This document shows, piece by piece, positions 57,731-64,000 of a stretch of DNA of 64,000 nucleotides. The DNA is taken from contig JADFRQ010000012.1 of assembly GCA_022561215.1 (NCBI GenBank), positions 3,247 to 67,246 of the forward strand, given 5' to 3'. The notes below the pieces were generated by a model, which saw only the letters and a list, made by a program, of their open reading frames with translations, was not told where the DNA came from and did not search any database. Source of the DNA: Chloroflexota bacterium (lineage in GTDB: Bacteria; Chloroflexota; Anaerolineae; Anaerolineales; E44-bin32). How positions within the stretch are numbered: position 1 is the first letter of the stretch; every line of letters starts with the position of its first letter. Both the position numbers and the translations under genes were made by a program.

Positions 57731-57744
57731 CTTAGCCGACTAAG
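57731..57744. promoter_or_regulatory. Palindromic candidate MarR operator
   Basis: CTTAGCCGACTAAG about 20 nt upstream of the marR start. Confidence 0.5.
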
Positions 57745-58607
57745 ATATTTATCAGATAAATACTATCCTGTCAACCTATTTTTTAGCTCCAAGTAAATTG
57801 TCCAACGTTTCGATGGAAACGTAGCCTCTCACTTGATATCAAGATCAGGTATTGAGAGCAGCGGATATCCTCCCAGCAAATATCAAATTGACTCAAGATT
57901 ATCAAGGGGATCCTGAAATAGCTGCTCATAGCACTACATCTCGATTACGGCCGACTCTAAATTTTCTTTTTTCTCTCTGGATTTATTCGAAACATATTCA
58001 ACATGGATCTTTACAGCTTCCCCCATGCGAGAAGCTCTCTTTTGAGGCAACTCTTCATATATGAATCCGATAGAAACCATCCGATTTTTCTCCCACTATT
58101 TATTACACATCCCGCAATATTGCTGTGTTTCTCTGTTTATCCTCGATATCAATACGAATCTGCCTCGCAAATCGTATGGTAACTTGGAATGACTACTCCT
58201 ATATAAAACCATCTTGTGGCCTGCGAATGACAGATGATTTCTCAGCAGAGGAAGAGGTTTTTAGGATTAGGGAAATGCGCTCATAATCAGTTGATGAGTT
58301 CGCTTTTGTCATCGAGACGGGAGACCCGATGCTCATACAGGCGCCACTTTTGGATGATGACTGGCATAAATCCTGTGTCCTCGTAGAGATCATTATTGAA
58401 GAGTTGGGCTCGTTTTATTTCGACTTCTTCACCGGCTACTTCGATGATGCCGCCCTCGAAGCTCGACGCGACTTACTACCTTAAAATGAAAAAGTCTGCG
58501 TCTTCAGTCCTTATGGGACGCTTTTCGGTGTCAGGTAGAGTGGGATCTCTAATGTTGAGAAACAAGAAAGGCTTTCCGGTTAAAATGTAGTTAATAAGTT
58601 AAAGTAG

Positions 58608-59606
58608 ATGCTGGTTATGTTTTTGAGGAAACTCATCATACTGTTTGTTCTCGGGATAAGTGCGTCGATAGTTTCTTGCAGGCTTACCCAGGAAGAAATG
58701 GATGCCACCGCCACTCAGGTTACTGCAGATGTCTATTTACATCTAACAGCGTACGCACCAACTATTACGCTTACACCTTTCCCTACATCGATGTCAACTC
58801 CCACACCCACCCCCACACCCAGTCCCACCCCAATACCTGCTGTTCCTGTCCTGCTGCGCGCGCACTCCCATAACGACTTTCAACATGGACGGCCCTTATA
58901 CCATGCGCTGGGACAAGGTTTTATTAGCATAGAGTTCGACATTATTCTTGGAGTCGACCGGTTATGGGTGGGCCATGATAGCTCCAATCTGCGCTCGGAC
59001 CGGACACTACGATCCCTTTACCTTGATCCGCTGCGCGAAAGGATCGGGCAGATCGGTGGGAGCGTATATCCATCCGGGGCTCAGTTGACATTGCTAATCG
59101 ATATCAAGTCAAAAGCAGAACCAACGTACGAACTCCTTCGAGAGATTCTGAAAGATTACAAAGACATACTGACCACCTTCGGGCCCAATGATGAGGTGAC
59201 GAAAGGACCAATCTTGGTAATAATTTCAGGAAATCGGCCGCGCGATCTGATGGAACGCGAGGCTGTTCGGTATGCGGCCTACGACGGCAGACTTGATGAT
59301 ATCGGATCTGGAGTCCCGTCAGCCTTCATCCCATTGATTAGCGCTAATTGGACCAGGCATTTCACCTGGAATGGTGATGGGCCGATGCCGGAGGAAGAAC
59401 GCCAAAAACTAAGGACTATTGTGGAAGTGGCACACCTGAATGGCCAGAAGGTACGATTCTGGGCTACCCCGGATGATCCATTACCTGCGCGCGAGATCGT
59501 CTGGCAGGAGCTAATCGCGGCAGGTGTAGAATTGATTAGCACGGACGATTTACTGGGCTTACGACAGTATCTTCTTGAGAACGACCCATGGTTGCTAGAA
59601 GATTGA
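58608..59606 (+). CDS. PI-PLC/GDPD-like phosphodiesterase lipoprotein
   Basis: Lipobox IVSC, T/P linker, AHSHND, SIEFD, GHD, LLIDIK, RFWATPD, STDD. Confidence 0.8.
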   Translation: MLVMFLRKLIILFVLGISASIVSCRLTQEEMDATATQVTADVYLHLTAYAPTITLTPFPTSMSTPTPTPTPSPTPIPAVPVLLRAHSHNDFQHGRPLYHALGQGFISIEFDIILGVDRLWVGHDSSNLRSDRTLRSLYLDPLRERIGQIGGSVYPSGAQLTLLIDIKSKAEPTYELLREILKDYKDILTTFGPNDEVTKGPILVIISGNRPRDLMEREAVRYAAYDGRLDDIGSGVPSAFIPLISANWTRHFTWNGDGPMPEEERQKLRTIVEVAHLNGQKVRFWATPDDPLPAREIVWQELIAAGVELISTDDLLGLRQYLLENDPWLLED

Positions 59607-60132
59607 TATCCGCATTATCGCTAATCGCCCCGTATCCCTGTCAAAGGATGTGTGCAATGAGAATATTCTTGATGTTTCGATCGGCCGCGACCCTAATGGC
59701 TTCCTCAGCTCGGCAATCTTCTGGGGCAATTCGTCAAAGATGTCGTTTAGTCTTGGGTAAGCAGACTGGTGTTCCGCGAATGGTGCCCGGATGATGGCTT
59801 TGGTGACAACCTCATTGCGTTATCCCCGCTTTTGTTCGCTGACTCAGAACCGCCTCTTGATGCCTCCCTGATCATCAAGGAAATACCCAGCTTTCAATTG
59901 TGGAAAATCAGAAATTTGTGGCGCTGAATTGCTGCCCACGAGGATATTAACCTTCATTCATCAAATTGATGACGTTTTGGTTGCTCAACAAACTCAGACG
60001 GCTTCTGAATGAGATGCAATACTCATGTCTGTGAGCGGAAAAAGGATAATGGGGTTCTATTGCTCTGCACCTTTGATGGAGATGATTTGATACCCTGGAA
60101 AAAATCATTCTCTGGTGTAAAATTGGCCACGA

Positions 60133-60205
<73 letters not shown>

Positions 60206-60206
60206 C

Positions 60207-60238
60207 AAAAAAATACCAGGGTTGACCTGGTTTTTTTT
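60207..60238 (+). terminator. Terminator after tRNA-Lys
   Basis: ACCAGG-gttga-CCTGGT flanked by A and T tracts. Confidence 0.7.
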
Positions 60239-60305
60239 ATGATCATCTAATGATCGAATGGAGTTTTGCGAAGCAAAATCTCCTTGGTGACACGCAGGGT
60301 CACAC

Positions 60306-60326
60306 CGAGTCCTATGCGGGTCACCA
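60306..60326 (+). repeat. Duplicated tRNA-Lys 3' end including CCA (att-like)
   Basis: CGAGTCCTATGCGGGTCAC is identical to 60188-60206 and is followed by CA. Confidence 0.8.
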
Positions 60327-60447
60327 ATATCTTTGGTGACATCCGACGGGGTTGAAGTAGCAAAGAGAAAGTGGCAGTTTAGGAAGCAGTTAAATTCCTA
60401 ATGAACCGGCTCGGCCGGTAATTCGGCCTTGAGTGGATTATTTCCTT

Positions 60448-60644
60448 GTTCCCACGCGGGAGCGTGGGAACCAGAGGAAGGGAGCACTCTTGTGTGATAG
60501 GAGTTCTCTCATACCCACTTTTCTGCGTGGGTACGCCAATTCCCTAGTTCCCACGCGGGAGCGTGGGAACAAGAGGATGTGCACTGAAGGGAGTTCTCTT
60601 AGCTGATAGGAGTTCTCTCGTACTCACGCTCCTGCGTGGGCACG
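60448..60644. repeat. REP-like palindrome cluster (tandem unit of about 100 bp)
   Basis: GTTCCCACGCGGGAGCGTGGGAAC at 60448 and 60547, alternating with degenerate CTC-TACYCAC..CTGCGTGGG palindromes. Confidence 0.8.
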
Positions 60645-60874
60645 GGAGGAATGTCCGCGAGTTGTACACGGTCAGTTGGATGTACACATGGGATAAAATT
60701 GTCGGACATCTTTTGAGAAGTTAACAATGACAGATCTGGGAAAGCCCTTTTCGGATGGCCCATTATCCACCAACACTTTCAGCAGACTGCAGGGCGCCCT
60801 TCGCGCCTGGATAAAGGTAATTCAAGTTGCTTGAATTCCCGCAACTCGAATAAAGTTTACTCCGCCAGAGGGAA

Positions 60875-61771
60875 TTATTGATCGACAGCCGGCCAAGCGA
60901 ACATTTCCTCCACATTCCAGGGAACTTCAATTCCAAACCATTTGTCAAACAGTGATTGCCACGTTCCGTCGGCGATCATATCGCTGAGTACGCCATTAAC
61001 CTCGTCACGAAAATCTTCCTCGCCTAAGGGAAATGCAATACCTATAGGTCCTAAGAAGGATCCGTCCACGATTAGCGCCTGGACGGCCGGGTCCATAAAA
61101 CCTATCAGGAAAACCCAATCGTCAAATATTGCATGAGCCCTTCCAAGTGCGGAGGTAAGTTCCTCAAAAACCCGCGCATTAAACGTGTAGCCATGCGCAT
61201 CCGCTACCTCGATTAAGCGATCCACCATATGTGGGCGCAGGCCAATATTTTTCCCATCTAAATCTTCTACAGAGCTAAAACCTGCATCCTTAAATACGAG
61301 AAAACTATTCCCCGATAATAAGTAACCACCCGAAAATAAAGCTTGTTCTTCGCGAGATACCGTGTGCAATGTGGCGCGCACCAGCATGTCTATCCGCCCC
61401 GTAGCCAAGGATGAGAATCTATCTGGGGCTTCGATTGGCACCCATTCAATTTGAGCATCGGCTCCACGAAGTCGAGCAATAATTTCGGTGGCTAGTTCAA
61501 TTTCGAAACCGCTGTATGTATCCCCATCAGTGATTGTCAAGGGGGGGACCGATCCTCCATATACACCCACGCGCATCGGCCCCTTGGGCTCGCTCTCTGT
61601 GGCCGCTGGCTCGCTGGTTGGATCTGCAGAGGACGCCGACTCAATCTCCGTAGGGGCCAACTCAATCGCGTTAGTCGCAGATGGTGCAGATTCCGGAGCA
61701 TCGGAGCCACATCCAGCGATGAATAAGCCTAGTGAGAAGAACAGGACGAAAAAGCGCATGTGTGATTTCAT
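60875..61771 (-). CDS. Amino acid ABC transporter substrate-binding lipoprotein (SBP_bac_3)
   Basis: Lipobox IAGC; GFEIELA, GRIDM, T..RE, DGTWQSLFDKWFG; GGAG before ATG 61771. Confidence 0.88.
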   Translation of the reverse strand: MKSHMRFFVLFFSLGLFIAGCGSDAPESAPSATNAIELAPTEIESASSADPTSEPAATESEPKGPMRVGVYGGSVPPLTITDGDTYSGFEIELATEIIARLRGADAQIEWVPIEAPDRFSSLATGRIDMLVRATLHTVSREEQALFSGGYLLSGNSFLVFKDAGFSSVEDLDGKNIGLRPHMVDRLIEVADAHGYTFNARVFEELTSALGRAHAIFDDWVFLIGFMDPAVQALIVDGSFLGPIGIAFPLGEEDFRDEVNGVLSDMIADGTWQSLFDKWFGIEVPWNVEEMFAWPAVDQ

Positions 61772-61984
61772 TATTGCTCCTTTGGAGTGAAAGCCGTATA
61801 GATGAATATGTAGAGTAACCGACCTTATGGCTTTAATTACAGCTGAAAAATTATACATGGGAGCGTGAATTCTTTATCATATGAAGCCTTATGGAAGAAC
61901 AATAAGATTCTACATGCGCAGCTCATCTGCAGGGGAAGTCTTCACAGACAGTGGTTTCGAGATATATTCCGCGATCAGCTCACT

Positions 61985-62172
61985 GGTGTAAGGGCGACTG
62001 GCCCGAGCTTCAGCTCGCGTCGCCCCCACGTGTTGTTTTCGATGAGGGAGCATCACAGGAGGGCAATACTTTTTCAATTTGAGTTTAGAAAACCGAATTC
62101 TTTCTTTATGCCGTGATTTGATCATAGGTGTAAGGGCGACAAGCAACGAGCATTGGCTCGCGTCGCCCCTAC
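61985..62172. repeat. Two GTA(G/A)GGGCGAC...GTCGCCCCYAC REP-like hairpins
   Basis: Copies at 61985-62029 and 62127-62172. Confidence 0.75.
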
Positions 62173-62490
62173 GCCTGGTCTTTGATAAGGGAGCATTACA
62201 AAGCCACATTTCTGGGACAGCCCCCTTACCTGAGTTGATCTTATTGAGCTCTGAATTATTTTTTATCCGGGCAATCTCGTTAATGCCAGAGTTTCATTGC
62301 CGCTATCATCAGCACAGCGTTCCGATTGCAAATTAATATTTCCAAGTTCTCCCTTCGGATAAGGCGCAACCTTCAGCGGAATGGCAATTGTTCGAACGAT
62401 CAATATTTAGTAGTTGGTTAATGACGCGCATGCGTCCCCAAGTTCGATTAAAATAGAGAAGGTTAAACTAAAGAAAAGGAACGGAGACGA

Positions 62491-63396
62491 ATGCAAATTT
62501 TAATTCGGAATAAGAGCTTAAGAGCTGCTAAACAAAATCGGATTTCGAGTGCTATCCCGGGCAGAATGATCTACCTGGGATTAATTCTTATCCTGATCCT
62601 GAGCGCCTGTAATGCAGGATCGGCAAATGGATCGAAAGCACTACTTACCCTTGAAGATATCCCGGACGGATTTTCTGGTCCCACAATTATCTCGACAACG
62701 ACCACATCGGCGACGATCAGTTTTGATAGTGGTGTTCCCACGGTGTGCAATGCCCCTTATGGCCTCACAATCGCATACGGCCAGATTGCAACCATTCCCA
62801 TGCTCAGTGGGGCGACGCTCGATCATGTCCTGACATTTGATGATCTTGAACCGGGGATGACCTATCACTACCAGGTGCTCGTCACTGACGAGCTTGGGAA
62901 TGTCTACCAGTCAAATGACTTTACCTTTGTGACTGAAGAAGAAGCAGAGGGTTTTGATGACAAAACCAATTGGTTATCGCTTGACTCGGGAGCAACGGTG
63001 GTTGAAGTCAGCAGCAATTTTGGGGCCGCGGAAAATGACCAGAATTGGGGCGCGAATATGGCGCTCGATACCAAAGTGAGCACTGCGTGGTCATCGGATG
63101 GTGATGGCGATGATGCTTTCATCACCATTCAGCTTGGTGAGCCGGTCGCCATCACTACATTGGCCGTCCAGACCAGATTCATGACCAATGACACCGCGCA
63201 GATTTTCTCTTTCACGGTGACGACAGATACGGGCGAGGAAGTTGGACCGTTCGATCTGCCGGATGGGGACCAGGTGTATGAATTTGAGGTATCCTTTACT
63301 GCCTCCAGCTTGCGTTTTGATGTGGGATCATCCAATGGCGGCAATACAGGATTTGTGTCATTGGCTGCTTATGGAACACCTGCGGGTGCAAATTAG
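62491..63396 (+). CDS. Lipoprotein with FN3-like and discoidin/F5-8C-like domains
   Basis: Lipobox LSAC; LEPGMTYHYQV; MALD...TAWSS. Confidence 0.75.
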   Translation: MQILIRNKSLRAAKQNRISSAIPGRMIYLGLILILILSACNAGSANGSKALLTLEDIPDGFSGPTIISTTTTSATISFDSGVPTVCNAPYGLTIAYGQIATIPMLSGATLDHVLTFDDLEPGMTYHYQVLVTDELGNVYQSNDFTFVTEEEAEGFDDKTNWLSLDSGATVVEVSSNFGAAENDQNWGANMALDTKVSTAWSSDGDGDDAFITIQLGEPVAITTLAVQTRFMTNDTAQIFSFTVTTDTGEEVGPFDLPDGDQVYEFEVSFTASSLRFDVGSSNGGNTGFVSLAAYGTPAGAN

Positions 63397-63620
63397 GGCT
63401 TTCGCGGGCTAAGGGAGCATACTTTGGAGAATGTCATTCCGATGGAGGCTGCTCATTGCCAAGGCGTATCGCTTCGCGATACGGCCGGAATCCCTTTGAC
63501 GAATCTCCTGGAAGGGTTGAGGGAACTATCGCAGCATCGTTTGCGACCTGTAAATTGAGGATATGACCAAAATAGGCTTGCACAGATCTGGGCGAATTAG
63601 TTATTTGCACTCCTGCGGCG

Positions 63621-63836
63621 TTCAGAATGACATTAAGCGTGGGATATTTTTAATGACAGCCTGTCTGGTAAATATTTTCCGCAGGATTTCGTTTTCCGAA
63701 ACGCACGATTCCTTCTGCTGAAAAACGATGATTCTGCCCTTCAGTCCCTGAAGGGTTTCAGAATGACATTAAGTGTCGACCCTTTTTAATCACAGCCAAT
63801 GTAGTTTATTTTTCCCGCGGGATTTCGTTTTCCGGA
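63621..63836 (+). repeat. Imperfect direct repeat with 136-bp period
   Basis: TTCAGAATGACATTAAG...TTTTTAAT.ACAGCC...GGATTTCGTTTTCCG at 63621 and 63757. Confidence 0.7.
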
Positions 63837-64000
63837 ATTGTGGGTTTTGGAGAGTAACTAGCCGTATTTTCTCAGCCTTATTTACACGCTGGTGTAGAAT
63901 TAATTTTGAGGTAAGACAGGAAAATTATAAATGGGTAAACCGAATTTGCCGCTCTCACTAATTTTTGTCTTCATCCAGTTCCTCTTAATAGGGTTGATCT

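Noticed and set aside
58280-58490. Short open frames on both strands
   Set aside because: No credible start or RBS and no recognisable motif; possibly a gene remnant, but unsupported.
60448-60644. CRISPR array
   Set aside because: Only two exact repeats; the intervening sequences resemble each other rather than being unique spacers; no cas genes.

Overview
Bacterial chromosomal window. The Thr/Pro-rich lipoprotein linkers, TadE/TadG-type proteins and gene content suggest Chloroflexota (Anaerolineae-like); this is inference. Bases 1-35.5 kb are mostly housekeeping and envelope genes: an Rsb-type partner-switching module, argS, rpsT, tRNA-Ser, SRP RNA, a yabE-like gene with rsmA, two moeA genes, a menA-like gene and proline dehydrogenase. 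The strongest signal is at 24.5-26.3 kb. Two ORFs split by the ORF track form one in-frame gene whose TGA sits at the first position of a thioredoxin CxxC (U-P-F-C) and is followed by a SECIS-like hairpin. This gives a predicted lipoprotein selenoprotein, a DsbA-like domain fused to a cyclophilin. It lies divergent from tRNA-Sec (selC), overlaps a PrsW-family protease gene, and is flanked by a site-2 protease, DedA and a BCP peroxiredoxin. Other highlights are a GH1 lacking its catalytic nucleophile (ITANG) and an 11-gene surface-glycan cluster (41.8-54.4 kb) with a B12 radical SAM enzyme, a nucleotidyltransferase-like protein, two methyltransferases and a nucleoside phosphorylase. There is also a decaying tRNA-Lys-associated region (54.5-62 kb) with duplicated tRNA pieces, pseudogenes and REP-like repeats. 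All calls come from reading motifs by eye; no database searches were run.
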